Positions 38,450-52,831 of a DNA stretch of 64,000 bases are shown piece by piece. Source of the DNA: Callorhinchus milii (lineage: Eukaryota). Each line of letters begins with the position of its first letter. Within the stretch, counting starts at the first letter, position 1. The notes under the pieces are model-generated. The model saw only the letters and a list, made by a program, of their open reading frames with translations, searched no databases and was not told the DNA's origin. A program made the translations under genes and the position numbers. Location: assembly GCF_018977255.1 (NCBI RefSeq), contig NW_024704743.1, forward strand, positions 48,672,001 to 48,736,000. The letters are read 5' to 3'.

Positions 38450-39062
38450 TAATGCTGTCAGTGCCTGAGATGAGAAAGCACTGACAGAAGCCGAGTAGGA
38501 GAGTTTGGTCTTGTCTATGTTTAACTAAGTTAAGAGCTCGTCTAGGATTTCATGTCAGAGAGATAGAGCTGGGTGTATTCTGCATACATGTGCAAGGGAA
38601 CCCCATATCTGCAGATGATGTTATTATTATTATGATGATGTCACCAAGTGGGAGCATATTGGTAGTGAAAAGGAGAGTACCGAGGATGGATCTTGTGGCT
38701 GTGCAGGGGCGGGAGGTGAAGCTGTTGAATAGACAGTGGAAATAGGTAGGAGTGAAACCAGAATAGGGCACAAGTATGAAGATGTAGCAAAGAGGTGAGA
38801 TAAGAGAAAATCAGTGTGGTCAATAGAAGGCAGCAGAGAGGAGGTAGAGAGAGCCTGACCACAGAGGCCGAAGAATGTCATTGGTTACTTTGACCAGGGG
38901 AGTCTTGGGCAGAAGAGGACGTTCTGGGAAATGAAAGATCGAATCTGGGAAGCAACTCATTCCAACACTTTGGAGAGGAAAGTTTAGAGATAGGTAAGTA
39001 ATTTGAGAACATGGAAGTATCAGGGAGGGCAGTGTATCTTGAGAAGTGGGTGATAACAGCAT
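38450..39062 (-). mobile_element. Decayed L2 RT fragment
   Basis: LVKVTNDIL and MLPLGDII remnants. Confidence 0.78.
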
Positions 39063-39577
39063 TATTAATATTCTTTAAAAACAGCTTTAGGTCAATGTAT
39101 ACGTTTTGTTTGGTAATTTAAGATTTCCTTCGCTTTTGAGCTCTCCCTGTGACATATTGCTTCTGCAGGCAAGGGAACCAACAGAACACATCAATCCTAT
39201 ATTTACCAATGCCAGTAGACTACAACAACTTGCACTTATATAGCACGCTCCACATAGGATAGGGTCTTAGAGCGCATAACAGTGGCGGAGCCTGACTCCG
39301 AGCCAGGGGGAGGTGGTGTATGCACAATCAAAGAGGAAAGTTTTCAGGCTAAAATCAATTACGCTGCCCTTTGGTCAATATTTTAAATAAGAATTGGTAA
39401 CTGTCCTGAGTATAACAGCTGCAATACCTATGGTTTACAAGAAATTAGGAGCACAGAAGATCTCCTATTCAGCATAAATATTCTCAGAGCAACTGGATTG
39501 GTATATTTGTAGTGTAACAAAGTAGTTGGACAGATGTTACATAAACAACTTTTAATAACTAGGTGACGAATGGTAGC

Positions 39578-41500
39578 ACAACAACAACAAAATTACATTT
39601 ATAGTACCTTTCACGTCAGGAGGACGTCCAAAGGCTCTGGACAGTTGGTGCTTCGGACTCGAGCTGGGGTCAGGATTGGGGAGGGTGGAGAGTAGCGGAC
39701 AAGGAGGGTGATCAAAGCAGAGAGTCTTGAGATGGGTCTTCAAAGAGGCAAGGGTGGGGGGTGGCGAGGTGGAGGAACTGCGGGATAGAGTTCCAGAGAG
39801 TGGGGGCAGAGTGGCTGAAGGTCCGCCCGCCATTGGTGGGGCAGGTGAAGCAGGGGACATGAAGCAGGTAGGAGCCCGCTGAGGGGAGGGAGCGGGCAAG
39901 TTGAGGTTAGGAGGTCATAGAGTTGGGGGGGGGGGGGGGTGAAGCCATGATTTTGAAGCGGACTCGGGCGAAGATGGGGATGGTAGGGTCACTGAGCCTG
40001 GTGCAGGAGAGGATGCGGGCTGCAGAGTTCTGGATGATCTGCAGCCTATGGAGGGAACAGTTGGGAAGGCCGACAAGCAGGGAGTTTGCATAGTTAAGCC
40101 TGGATATTATGAAGGCATGTATGAGGGGTTTGGCAGCCTGCAGTGTGAGATAGTGGCGGAGCCGGGCGATGTTGCGGAGATGGGAAAAGGCAGAGCGGGT
40201 CATGGCACAGATGTGGGCTAGAAAGGATAGTTGAGGGTCAAACAAGATGCCAAGGCTCCAGACTGGCTTAGCAAGGTGGAGTGTGCCATCTTGGGATAAT
40301 GATGCTGTCAGTGCCTGAGGTGTGGAGGCGTTGATGGAGCCAATCCTCTTGTTGACGTTCAAATAAAGAAAGTTAGGTCTCATCATCCAGGACTTGATGT
40401 CTGATAGACATTCTGTCAGGACAGCAGTGGTCCTGGAGTCAAGGATAGAGGCAGACAGATATAGTTCAGTATCATCTGCATAATAATCCTTGCATTTTGA
40501 TATAGCGCTTTTCACGTCGGGAGGACGTCCCAAAGTGCTTCACAGAACACACTGTAAAGTGAATTGACTGTATATTTGTGGGCGAACGCGGCAGCCAATT
40601 GCGCACAGCAATGTCCCACAAACAGTCGTAGATTGAAAATGACCAATTTATTATTGTTTTGGGTTTTGGAGGGATTATTATTAGGCTCTGTGTGGAGTAA
40701 GGAAACTTGCCCAAGGTTTCGCTCTGCCTGGATTGAACTCAGGTCTCTCACTTGCAAAGCGAGTGCTCTAACCACTGAGTTACAGGACTCCACTGAGCTA
40801 CAAGAAGTTGACCCCATGTCTTCTGAAGTCACCAAGAGAGAGCATATAGATATTGAAGAGGAGGGGACCAAGGACAGAGCCCTGAGGAACGCCGCACGAG
40901 ACTGTCCAGGGGCTAGACGAGAAACCATTTGTGAAGATGAAGTGGAGACGGTGTGAGAGGTGCGATCTGGACCATTCAAGAACCATGAATGTTGAGGTGA
41001 GAGGAGAGACAGTGGATGAGGATAGAGTGTCAATGGTATCAAAGACATCAGAGAGGTTAAAGAGGACGAGGAGGCAGAGGGAGCCCTGGTCGCAGATGGA
41101 CAGAATGTCATTTGTAACTTTAACCAGAGCTGTTGCTGTAAGCAGCATGGAAACCCGATTGGAGGGGTTCATGAAGGGAGTGGTGGGAAAGGAAGGAGCG
41201 AAGCAACAACTAGAAAGGAAAGGGAGGTTGGAGATGGGGTGGTAGTTAGAGAGCAGGAATGGATGCAGGGAGTGTTTTTTAAGGATAAGAGTGATGACGG
41301 CCGTCCCGTAAAAGAGGAGTGGGAGACAGGTTCAAAGGTGTGGAGGGAGGGATGGGTAGGGGCCCGGGTGTGAGGGGGAGATGGGGAAGGGGAGTAGACA
41401 GAAGGGCAGAGGCACCTGAGCAGATCCCCTCAACTTTGGTTTCAAGGAAGTCCAGCATTGCCTCGCAGTTGGCATTGGAGGTGAGGATGAGCATGAGAGT
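39578..41500 (-). mobile_element. L2 subfamily A tether+RT with nested full-length SINE
   Basis: [13 protein letters not shown] and YADDTELY motifs; tail at 39578. Confidence 0.92.
40481..40793 (-). mobile_element. Full-length young SINE family 1 (internally shortened subfamily)
   Basis: Head gtggagtcctgtaactcagtggttagagc...agttcaatcc and (TTA) tail; 3' half nearly identical to 57894-58097. Confidence 0.9.
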
Positions 41501-42179
41501 GTGGGTGGAGATGGAGACAGAACTGCTAAATTTGCTTGTTTCATGGATGTAATATTAAAATTATTTATTACCTTTTAGTAACACTGGTCCAGGGAGTGAT
41601 GTTTAAATAACTATAAAGACAAGTTCCACTCCACCACAATCCAGGAGAGAATTCATCAGAGAAATGGTACATAAAACTTCAAAGAGTGAAACGTTGGGCA
41701 AGTTTCCTTACTCCACATGCCTCTGTTTACCTAGCAGTAAGTGGAACCCTGCTGCTAGTCAATTGGCGGATCGCTTTTCCGGGGATAAGAATTCCTTCAA
41801 AAAAATAATAATAATTTGATCACTCAATCCACGACTGTTTGTAGGACACTGCTGTGGCTGCCGTTGTCACTTGTGAGGCGAGCTCTCTAACTAGTGAGCC
41901 ACAGGACTTGAACAGAACGTGTATTACAGGGTAGGTGAAGCAGCTATCCTCTTAGAATCCATGCTGCAATACATTCTTGAGGTCTCCCATATCAGCTTTT
42001 GCAATCATTCTCACCTCTAGACTGTCTAGGAGAGTTCAAATGCAATTGCCAAATCAAGGAGTCAAATGTTGAACAAAGCATAATCGTTGCATTTGATATA
42101 GCGCTTTATCACATCTTCGAGACGTCTCAAAGCACTTCACAGAATATACTGTAAAGTGAATTGACTGGATATTTTGTGC

Positions 42180-42765
42180 GTGTATATAGCACCAATACGC
42201 AGGATAGCATCTCGTAAAGCTGCACAGTAGTGGGGTTGAATGCCAAGCAAAGGAGTTGTGGGAGGTGACATTGGCACAGTTGAAGAGGTAGGTTTTAAGC
42301 TGGGATTTAAAGGGGCAAGACAGAGCACTTGAGGCAGGGAGTTCTGGAGGTTATGGGCATTGTAGTTGAAGGCATGGTCATCAATGGTGGTGGAGGACCC
42401 ACAGAGGTGCAGTGGCATCTGTGTGAAGGGCGCAGACAGAGGAGTGAGATACGAAAAGTTCAAAGAGGTAGGGAGATGCTAGATAACTAGTGGAGCCTGG
42501 CAAGGGTTGGAATGATGGGCATCCAGAGTTTGGTAGGGTGAGGACATAAGCAGCAGCGTTTTGCAAGAGCTGGACGTTCTGAATGGAAGAACTGGGGAGA
42601 CCAACAAGAAGTGGATTTGAGAAGTTGAGGTAGAAGATGACAAAGACGTGGTTGAAGGTCTCAGCAGCATTTGGGATGAGGTAGGGTCAGGAGCGGGCAA
42701 TGTGGCGGAGGTGGAGGAATGTAGTTGCGGTCAGGGCCCGAATGTGGGATAAGAAGGACAGATAA
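42180..42765 (-). mobile_element. Decayed L2 3' fragment (SINE tail at about 42085-42180)
   Basis: QNAAAYVLT and AFNYNA remnants. Confidence 0.72.
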
Positions 42766-43314
42766 TGGTTATAACTGAAAAGTGTTCATGATCATTACAG
42801 AGTTGAGTTGTCAGTACACCTTTACTATTGTTGTTACTATGAAATTTTAAAAGTTTGTAAAATAAAGAGACCCATTTCTAGGTAAAGCTACAATTTATTG
42901 TAATTATTAAATCCTATCAAGTAACAATTGGCTTATTTCTAACCAAGGCAAATCAATCCTCCCAATAAGAGAAGAGCTTGAAATGCAATGACATATGTTA
43001 AAGCTGCTGCCTAAGAGTTGAACAGAAACATAACAAGACTATTATTTTAACTCCACCCACGATAATTCCCTGGTGAAAGATAGGAAAGTGACAACTGGAT
43101 GCATTTGAAAACAGTTCAACAGCTGCATTTTAAAGATTCTGTAGGCAGTGACAGGGAAAGAAGGATTCCTCTATTGACTTGAAGGTTGTACTGTAATCGT
43201 GGTTGCGAAGCATTTCAGTTTTTCTTATTTTTTAACTTTAAAAAGTTAAATCCAGGATTAATTTAAGAAAAACTAAAGTTACACTTCCCAGGAGAATAGG
43301 TCATTTTTACTGAA

Positions 43315-44232
43315 AATAACAAAATTACATTTGAAAAGCGCCTTTCACGCCCGTTGGACGTCCCAAGGCACTGGACAGACAGATTACGGACTTGAGCTGG
43401 GCGTCGGGGAAGGTGGGGTGGACAAGAACAACAACAACTTGGATTTATATAGCACCCTCCACGCCAGACGGCGTCTCAGAGTGCTTTACACTCTGGATCC
43501 CGGGACCATGCCGGAGGAGGGGGGGGAAGGTGACCAAAGGCACGGTCGAAAAGAAAGGTCTTCAGCAGAGACCTGAAAATGGGAAGGGAGGGAGCGAGAT
43601 GAAGGGAGTGAGGAAGGCAGTTCCAGAGCCTCGGGGCATAGTGGCTGAAGGCACAGCCACTAAGGGTGGAGCGGAGGACTCGGGGGAAGAGGAGGCCAGG
43701 CCCGGAGGAACGAAGGCAACGGGTACTGTTTTGAGGAGAGAGTAGGTCAGAGAGGTAGGGGGGTGCAGAGACTTGAATACAAGGGTGAGGATCTTGAAAT
43801 CGATCCTCTCTAGGATAGGCAGCCAGTGCAGTCTGGCAAGGACTGGGGGATCGGGGAGGGGAGTTTCGTGCGGGTGAGAATGCAGGTGGCAGGGTTTTGA
43901 ATGATTTGCATTTTATGGATGGTAGTCGAAGGGAGGCCGAGAGGTGACAAAGGCATGGACCAGGACTTCAGCGGCTTTTGGGGAGAGGTATTGGCGGAGA
44001 CGGGCGATGCGTCAGAGGTGGTAGAAGGCGGTGTTGGTGAGGGACCGTATGTGGGGGAGGAAGGATAATTGGGGGTCGAACCTGACGCCTCGGTTGCGTA
44101 CGGGTTTGGAGAGTTTTAGTGGGAGGTCAGGTAGGTGGAAGAGGTGAGAGCCGTGAGATTTTAGACGTTGACAAGAGCCAAAGAGTATGGCTTCCGTCTT
44201 GTCAACGTTCAGCTGAAGGAAATTTGCGCTCA
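43315..44232 (-). mobile_element. L2 subfamily B 3' portion (43426-44232) preceded by an L2 subfamily A tail
   Basis: [18 protein letters not shown], highly similar to 16033-16847. Confidence 0.9.
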
Positions 44233-45579
44233 ATCTTAAAAGATTGGGTCTGAATTAGAATCATAAAACTTTTCAGTACACAAAGCCACCCTGCCGCAAT
44301 AATAACTTTCTGTAACAACAATTAGATTGAGTTACTGCTGGAGACCCACTGAGTAAAGTGAGAAGTAAAATTTGGACACTGCAGAGAGGCAGTAGATCGA
44401 TAAAATATTCCTTTCATTTGATACAGCACCTTTCACAATGGGAAGTTGCGTCAAAGTGCTGCACAGGATTTACTTTAAGTGTAGTAACTGGATATTTTTG
44501 CATTGCCAGAGGTGGCATTCTTCAGATGGGATGATAAACCAAGGTCTAATCCTGCTTGTTCTTGTGGATGTTAAAGATCCAACGGCAACAAATCGAAAAA
44601 AATGTAGTTTATCCCAGTGTCCTAGTCATCAATCCCCCAGATAAAATTGGTCTTATACTTTGTGGCTTATTGCTGTGTGCAAATTGACTGCCAGGTTTGT
44701 CTACAAATACACAGTCATAATAAAGTCTGTAAAGCACTTTGAGACACTGTCAACATAAGGCACTGTATCAAATTTAAGGATTGTTATAATTTAGTTTTAT
44801 TTATAATTCTCCGTAATGCCTTCTTAATGCTACTCAACGGATGTGATGCCAAACTACAGTAATTGAACACACTAGACAACGCTGCTTTAATGAACCATCT
44901 TTGGTGGCAAGTGTTCAGCATGCTCGTCGCAAATGGAAGTGAATTAATGCTTAATGCCCATTTGGATTACTCACGCAATCACTCATTTAATATTGTATAA
45001 ACAGAACTTACTGGAATACACTGTTTGAGCAAACCTGAGTCTAGTCTTGCCAAACCAATACTAATGAATAGCAGGACCAGTTGATTGGCACAATATACAC
45101 AACATCTATAACATGGCTAACCATGCCTTAAATGTTTTATATTTTTGTTCAGTGATTATATTCATTTATTCAGTAAAACCTATCAGGTGATGTTGGACTG
45201 CTTACAATGGTAAGAGAGATGACATTCTCGATATAGGAACTTAATTTTTAACCGGGTGGAGGAGAAAACAAAGAGGGCTGTTTTCACATCCAATCTCAGG
45301 GGAGTTCCAAGACATTCAAATAGATAGTATTTATTTGAACTATTTGAACTCATCCTATCAGAATTCCCACCATTACAGGTTTGAGCTGTTTCTAAAACAA
45401 GTTCAGCACCAAGGCTTATACAATCTCTACCAGTATTTTTGCAGTTAATACTCTTTGTATATAAAAACAATCCACTGTGCAATGCTGGGAAATGCTGTAC
45501 GTCAAAAATCATTTAAAAATCCATTTTAAAAAACAAACCAACATTTCAACAAATTTAGGATATTACATATTCATGACCA

Positions 45580-45826
45580 TGCTCCCATCCTTTGGAACTC
45601 CATCCCACAGTCCCTTTGTCTCGATCCCTCTCATACTTCCTTCAAGGCCCACCTCAAGACCCTGCTCTTCGACCACACCTTCGGTTACCCTCCTACCCCT
45701 TCCCTCCCTGCCCTCCCACTCTCCTGATCCCAATCCCCAGCTCAGGTCCAAATCCCGGACTGTCCAGCATCTTGGGCCATCCTCCTGATGTGAAAAGCAC
45801 TATACAAATGTGATTTGTTGTTGTTG
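45580..45826 (+). mobile_element. L2 subfamily A 3' end
   Basis: LWNSIPQSL remnant, tail. Confidence 0.82.
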
Positions 45827-47016
45827 TCAAGATTGGTTTAGACTTTAAGTTAATCACTTCAGAATTCTGTTTTACTGGAAATAGTAAGCAATGAAGTAAT
45901 TTTTGAAAAGTTAAAAGAATTGAAGTGAAATTGTTTCTTTGACCATTACCATAACACAAAATAATTGAAATTAGAGGTTGCAATAGAATCCAATAAATTA
46001 CTTCCACATGAGCGGCTTGTGTGACTACAATAACATGTGGAACCAACCCACTGCACCTAAACATTAATATATGTAATCTGAGCCTGCCATCAAGTCACTA
46101 AAAATCATGCCCATTTTAATAACACTTCTAAAACTTAAATTTTACCTCTTCCTATTTTTAATAATTGATACACTTCATTTGCTTTAGAATTTTGACTGAC
46201 TTGAGGCAAATGTTGTACTTTACATAAATATTAATTTCAGAAATGACAATGGTGTGGTCTCAATTAAGTAAGCCAGCCAGTGAAGCTCCAACTAATCCAG
46301 CCATTGGTGCAGATACACTGCCATAGATGCTTTGGTGTTGACCTATCAGGGGTTTCATTTCAGGACATATGGAAGGACAAAATATTACAAAAACGAAAAT
46401 GAAACTTCCAAGTGAAGTATAACTCAAATTTTATCAAGGTCATTGTGTATTAAACACACAGCAATGATAAGACAGTAATTAATTTACAACACAAAGCAGT
46501 AAAGAAGCTCAAGAATTTCAACATCAGCAAAATTCTCACATTTAAACTCGTCTTAAAATGATGGCCAGAAAACTTAAAATAGCTGTTAGGTTTACCACTA
46601 TGTAGGAGAATTACACAGAACAAAGACGATGTCATGGCATAGATCAAAGGGCAAAGCAATTCTCCAGCAAGGAAGGAGCTATTGACAAGATTATTTTGCC
46701 AGAAAAAATATAACAAAGTTAGTTATATATTTCAATTTATCAAATAAAGTGTCATATATCTTCTGGAAAATTCTAAAGTACCCAATTTAAAAAGACTTTG
46801 AACACCGCAAAACAAAGTAGTTTTTCAATACTATTGCTTAAGACACGACTTTCTACGGTGACTAGCCTATTTCTTACTTTTTTGTCAAGATCCTACACAC
46901 ATTAGATTTTGCAATCTAATTAATACATTTGAGCCCAGTTTGACAGTGGAGAGAAGTCATTTAATTACTTCACGACAATTTACAATGACATAATGATAAT
47001 TCTCTCACGTTGGGCT

Positions 47017-48305
47017 TCAACAACAACTTGCACTTATATAGTGCCCTCCACGCAGTGGAGCATCTCAGAGCGCTTAACAGCGGCGAAGCCTGACGCTGAG
47101 GTGGGGGAACGTGCCCATAAGCACGGTCGAAGAGGAAAGTTTTCAGGCAGGACTTGAAAGAGGGAGAGTGGGGGCAAGGCGGAGAGATTGAGAGAGAGTG
47201 TTCCTGAGTTCTGGGGCATGGTGGCTGAAAGCATGACTTCCGATGGTGGGCAGAGGGTGCGAGGGACGAGCAGGAAGCAGGTTCCAGTTGAGCGGAGGCA
47301 CCGGTTGGTGGATTGAGAAGTGAGGAGTTTGGAGAGGTAGGGAGGTGGCAGGAGTGAATGGATTTGAACAGGAGTGTGAGGACCTTGAAGTCGATCCGTT
47401 TGGTGATGGGGAGCCAGTGAAGCCTGGCCAGAACTGGTGAGATGTGGGTACGGAGTTTGTATGCGGGCGGCAGAATTCTGAATGAGTTGGATCTTTTGAA
47501 TGGTGGAGCTGGGGAGACTGGCGAGAAGTGCATTGGGAGTAATCCGATCGGGAGGTAACAATCGCATGTACGAGGGTTTCAGCTGCATTTGGGGTAAGGT
47601 ACAGTCAGAGGCGGGCAATGTAGTGGAGGTGGAAAAAAGCGGTCCTGGTCAGGGACCAGATGTGGAGGATGAAGGACAGCTGGGGGTCAAACTGGACGCC
47701 CAAGTTGCGCACTGGTTCGGTATGTCTGAGTGAGAGCCCAGGGAGGTTGAGGAGTTTAGATCCACAGGAGTGAAGAAGTTGACAGGAGCCAAGGAGTATG
47801 GCTTCACTCTTGGCCATATTCAGCTGCAGGAAGTTTACACTCATCCAGGCCCTGATGTCTGCCAGACAAACTGATAAAACATCAATGTACCTGGAGTTGG
47901 TACTGGAGGAGCCAAAGTAGATTTGTGTGTCATCGCCCAGAGGGAGCATATAGAAAAGAAAAGAAGAGGGCCAAGGATGAAGCCCTGGGTACCCCGCAGG
48001 TGACCTGGCAGGGGAGGGAGGAAAAACATTTGATGAGATGAAATGGAGGCGGATGGTTAAGTAGGACTCGAACCATGCAAGTGCAGTCCCACTAAGGTAG
48101 ATTAAGGAGGAGAGCCAATGGAGGAGGATGGCGTGGTTGACTGTGTCGAACACGGCAGAGAAATCCAGGAGGACGAGGAGACAGAGGGATCCCTGGTCAC
48201 AAATAGAGAGAAGGTCATTTCTAACTTTGACAAGCGCTGTCTCTGTGCTGTGGGCAGGGTGAAAACCAGACTGCAGGGGCTCGAGGAGTGAGTGGAGGAA
48301 GAGGC
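47017..48305 (-). mobile_element. L2 RT fragment
   Basis: QSGFHPAHSTETALVKV, LDFSAVFDTVNH. Confidence 0.9.
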
Positions 48306-48309
48306 TATA

Positions 48310-48640
48310 GTGTAAAGTGGAATGACTTTTTATGGGCAAACGTGGAAATGTCTCACAAACAGCCATGAAGTGAGTCACCATTTTATTTTGGAGGATTGTT
48401 AGCCAGGACACCGAGAAAAACTCTCTCATTTCAAATGGCACATTGGGTTCTTTATCCACTTGAACAAGCAAACAGGACCTCGGTTTAAAATCTAATCCGA
48501 AGCATGGCACCTCCAAGAATACAGCACACTGTTACATTGGAGTGTCACCTTAGACTTCAAGTTCCAAGTACCGACGTGGAGCTTGAACCCACAACCTTCT
48601 GACTCTTAAGCGAGAGTGCTACTAACCGAACTAAGAAGAC
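48310..48640 (-). mobile_element. SINE family 2 (Deu-domain-like)
   Basis: tRNA-like head ggttagtagcactctcgc...gggttcaagctcc and central domain. Confidence 0.72.
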
Positions 48641-51074
48641 ACATATAATGCGTTTCACAAAGTGTTTGCCAACTGTACCATTATGTCAATAGGTGCAAAT
48701 GTTTTTTTTCCCCAGATGTGTGTATTGTCAATTGTATAGGTTAGGACTGTGTTAGACTTAAGGTCAATGGCTTCAATATTCTGCTTTAATGGAAATGGTA
48801 AGCAACTTAGACACTTAAACACATTTTACAGGAAATCAATTAGAAATGAAATGACTCATGTAGGAATGATGAGCCAAATTTCATTTGGAGAATGAATTTA
48901 ACTAAGATTAGCTTACTGATCACAAAATAGTCGTAAACTGCATGTATTCATTGAGTCACCAACATGCTCTAAGCAAGCAATTTTATACACAACACCTAAT
49001 GTAGTTGGAATTTCTTTCTAAGACATACAAACACCAATTTTGCACTAAATACATTCATACTGTTGTCCATTTAATTTGAAGCTAATGGTGTATTGCAGAC
49101 CTGCCACCAATAGAAGCACCAATGGCAATGGTGCTTTAAAACAAATTAGATTTAAAACAAATTGCTATGTACTGAGCTGGGAGAGTGGTAAGAGAACTAC
49201 AGAAAAGTTGTACACCTGGAGACAGCAGCATCCAGTGAACTCTAACATTGCCTTTCACAAAAAGCTTTACTAACCACCTGGTGCCCGAGTGTTTTTTTGC
49301 CCAGCTATTCAGTGTAGCAATACTGCAGATTTTACTGTGAAAGCTTTAAGAATAAAGTAAAAAGATATGAATCAGGACCAAGACAGCACTTCCTCAGTTA
49401 TTTCTCCAGCTCTATGGGATCCACCCAACAACATAACATTGTATAAGTTTACAGAGTCAGAAGCTTTAAAATGTAGTTTTTTTCATATCATGCAGTATAA
49501 TTCTTGCATGCAGTAGCTGTCTATTACTGCCAATGATTCAGGTCACACCCAGCACAAGTTCTGCCCAAAAGTTTGACAATTGCTTATTATGTAATAATGT
49601 TTCATTAGTGCCTTGGGATGTCCTCCCGACATGAAAGGCGCTATACAAATGTAATCTTGTTGTTGTTTCATTAACTATCTTCGGGCATTTTGTAATTGCT
49701 CCACAAATTTATTCAAGAAATAAATGGAACAGAGAGGTTCGAGGTTCAAACGCTGGCTTGCGCCGTTGCTAGGGAGGATTGCGCTTGTTGTAATGTGTAT
49801 AGCAGGCCTCTTAGGAGAGATATCAAAATAACCACCACCGTTAAAACCCAGTAGAATAAAAACAATACATTCTGTGGGGGGGAGAGGAAGAGAAGAGGAA
49901 GAATTGGCTATACAAAAATTTGTAGCAGCAAGATGGGAGAAAGCTTATCAATAAGATTTGATGGAACTTTTAAATTTAGTATCAAGTCAATATGAAATAA
50001 CAGTCAGAGATTTGGGAGATACGGAAGGTGGAAAAACTGATTGCAGTCGGAAGCAATTACATTTGTCACGTGACAAATTCAATCTATGGCTGCAATGAGA
50101 ACACTGGGAACTGGGGAACAGGTGCAATGGGCAGGTCTGGGATTTCTCGCCGTGGTGTAATGTACGCCCAAATTTTTTGCTTCACAGGAATTATTTATTG
50201 TCTGATCTTTTCCACACAAAGTCAGAGTTCTCATTAACTGTTGTTGATTATTTTCACCTCTTGCTCTCAACATATCTAGGGTGATAATGACAATTATGAT
50301 ACTGTAAGCCAACCTGACTAAAGGTCATCTAATTCAAGAAGACCCCGGTAATCAAACTATTGCATGTCTCAGTACTAATTGATGTGTTTATTTGCTAAAA
50401 TATTGGTGGCGATCAATTTACTACTTAATATACAATGATAATAATCCTTGCATTTGATATAGCGCTTTTCACATCTTCGAGACATCTCAAAGTACTTCAC
50501 AGTACTGTAAAGTGAATTGACTGTATTTTTGTGGGCAAAACGCATTAGAAGCTTAGACTTGCATTAGAATTACTTGGATTAGAAACTCAAATAGTTCATA
50601 GAGATGCTGATTGATTAGGCACTGGAGTGGATTTCCTGTACAATATTGATTTAGCTTCTTGGATTTCAATGCACTACAAGCTTTCTTTTGTTCAGTAATG
50701 TGTAAAACAATCTACCTTTTTAAATTTTAAAAATGTAACTACAATAGTTATTACAGATAATTACATATTTGTAGAAATTAAGCTTGCTTATAATATTGCC
50801 TGCTATGCAGAAATATTTTTTAATCTGCTGTAAACTGCATCCTGTTGGTTTTCATGTGCTGTGCATTATAACCTGTGCTTTTTTTCTCCGGAATGACCAA
50901 AGGTTTACAGCACAGTAGACCATTTGGCCCACTGTCGGAAAAAATAATGGCAAGTTTCACACATTAAAGTTCCCCACTGGACCCCAAAAGTGCTGACCTT
51001 GAACAAGGCTAGGAATACCACAAGAGGGAAAGCAATGGCCCGGAATCTAAAAGGACTATTCTTTACACTATCAT

Positions 51075-51478
51075 GGGTCTGTCTAGCTCTGTTGGTAGCA
51101 CTCTCGACTCTGGGTCAGAAAATTGTGCTTTAAATACCACCTCAGGGATTTGGAGCATATATGGTTTAGGCAGTATTGCACTGTGTTGTTGCCAGTTCTA
51201 TCCTTTGAATGTGGCTTTAATCTGAGGTCTTACTTGCTTCTTCAAGTGGATATTAAAGAACCCACTAAAGTAATTGAAAAGAGAAGGGAGATTCTCCCAG
51301 GGTCGTAATCAATAATTCTTCATTTAGCCATTCACCTCCTTCTGTTTGTGGGACATTGTTGTGCACAATTGGCTACAAATACATACTCTACCGAAAACTC
51401 TGGTAAGCTCTTTGAGACATATCAAAGTAACATTCCCTCGATGTGAAAGACATTTATAGAAATGCAATTTGTTGTTTT
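51075..51478 (+). mobile_element. SINE family 2, decayed
   Basis: tggtagcactctcgactctgggtcagaa head, central domain and tail. Confidence 0.68.
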
Positions 51479-52831
51479 ATTAAGGCTCTCGAGTCTATAA
51501 TCAATTACAAGGAACACTCTTATTAATCACAAACTTCTTTAAGGTTTAAATGCAACTAGACCAACATTTATCCAGGCAATACATTTCCAGCTTTCAGTCA
51601 TTAAACTCTGGCAACATGAACTGGTTTGGCTAAGTACTTTTCATTTTATCATGCTAAGTAACCTATTTGCAGATTTCAAAATTATAAAAGGATGCTGATA
51701 ATTCAGGTAACTTGTTCACTATAACGAAGGAATGAAATATTGTTCTTAGAAACATAACTTTCACCCACAAATATACGGTCAATTCACTTTACAGCATATT
51801 CTGTGAAGCGCTTTGAGACGTCTAGAAGATGTGAAAAGCGCTATATCAAATGCAAGGATTATTATTATAACCTGATGGATTAATAATACCCCACTGTCAA
51901 AGAACAATGCAATCACTCAGTGTCTTGGTTTGTACATTAAGAATGGCTACTTGGGCAAGATAGCAGATAGCTTCATGGGCACACTGCTATCTCCAGCACA
52001 TGTCACTCACTACCTTTTGAATAGACAGACAGTCTTAGGTTTTCAATATACATACAAAACGCTGCTATCCCAGTATAGTATCCCACTAGGTGCAGTTCAT
52101 TGCATTTTTAGGTGTAGCTTGGCCATTCACTGTAAAATAACTCCAAATTGTTGCACCTGGTATTCATCAAGTAATTATTTCATATTAAAATTAAAAATGT
52201 CACTTTGTATAGACCCCTTGAGTAGATGAGTGCAACACCCCCCACACACAAATTAAACTATTTATCTCCTCCATCCCTCCCCCAACTGCTACCCAGTCCG
52301 AATTCCAATTCAATAGTTGTTCTCAGCTTGCTTCATGGGGGTTTCCACACAAAGATTTATTGTTCCAATTTATGATGAACCGAAATCGAAAGTTGATGGA
52401 AGCCACAATATTCTGTAGAGTTTATTACATGATCCGCTCGTTTATAAGCTTTTTTTAAAGAAAGAAACCTAAGCACCTCGCAGATTTCAATAATTTCCCA
52501 GTTACCAACATGTGCAATAACAAAGCTGCAGTGTGCACTTACCCCATCATAATAACTAAGGCATACAGATGCACACCAAAATAATAACAACACTTTTATC
52601 AACTAAATTAACCATTTATAACACGGGGAGAAAGGAGTTCGGGATGCAACGTGATTTAGCACGCGTTTCCCCCAAAATACCGGCATGTAAAACGAGCAAA
52701 CCTTCCGCAATTTAATCCATACTTTCAAAATGCACATGACGAAAAAAACTAAAATGAAAGTAAGTAGCTTCTTGTTAATGTGCGATGGGTTGTGTAACAA
52801 TGCTCGTATTGAACTGAACACAGGACGCTAC

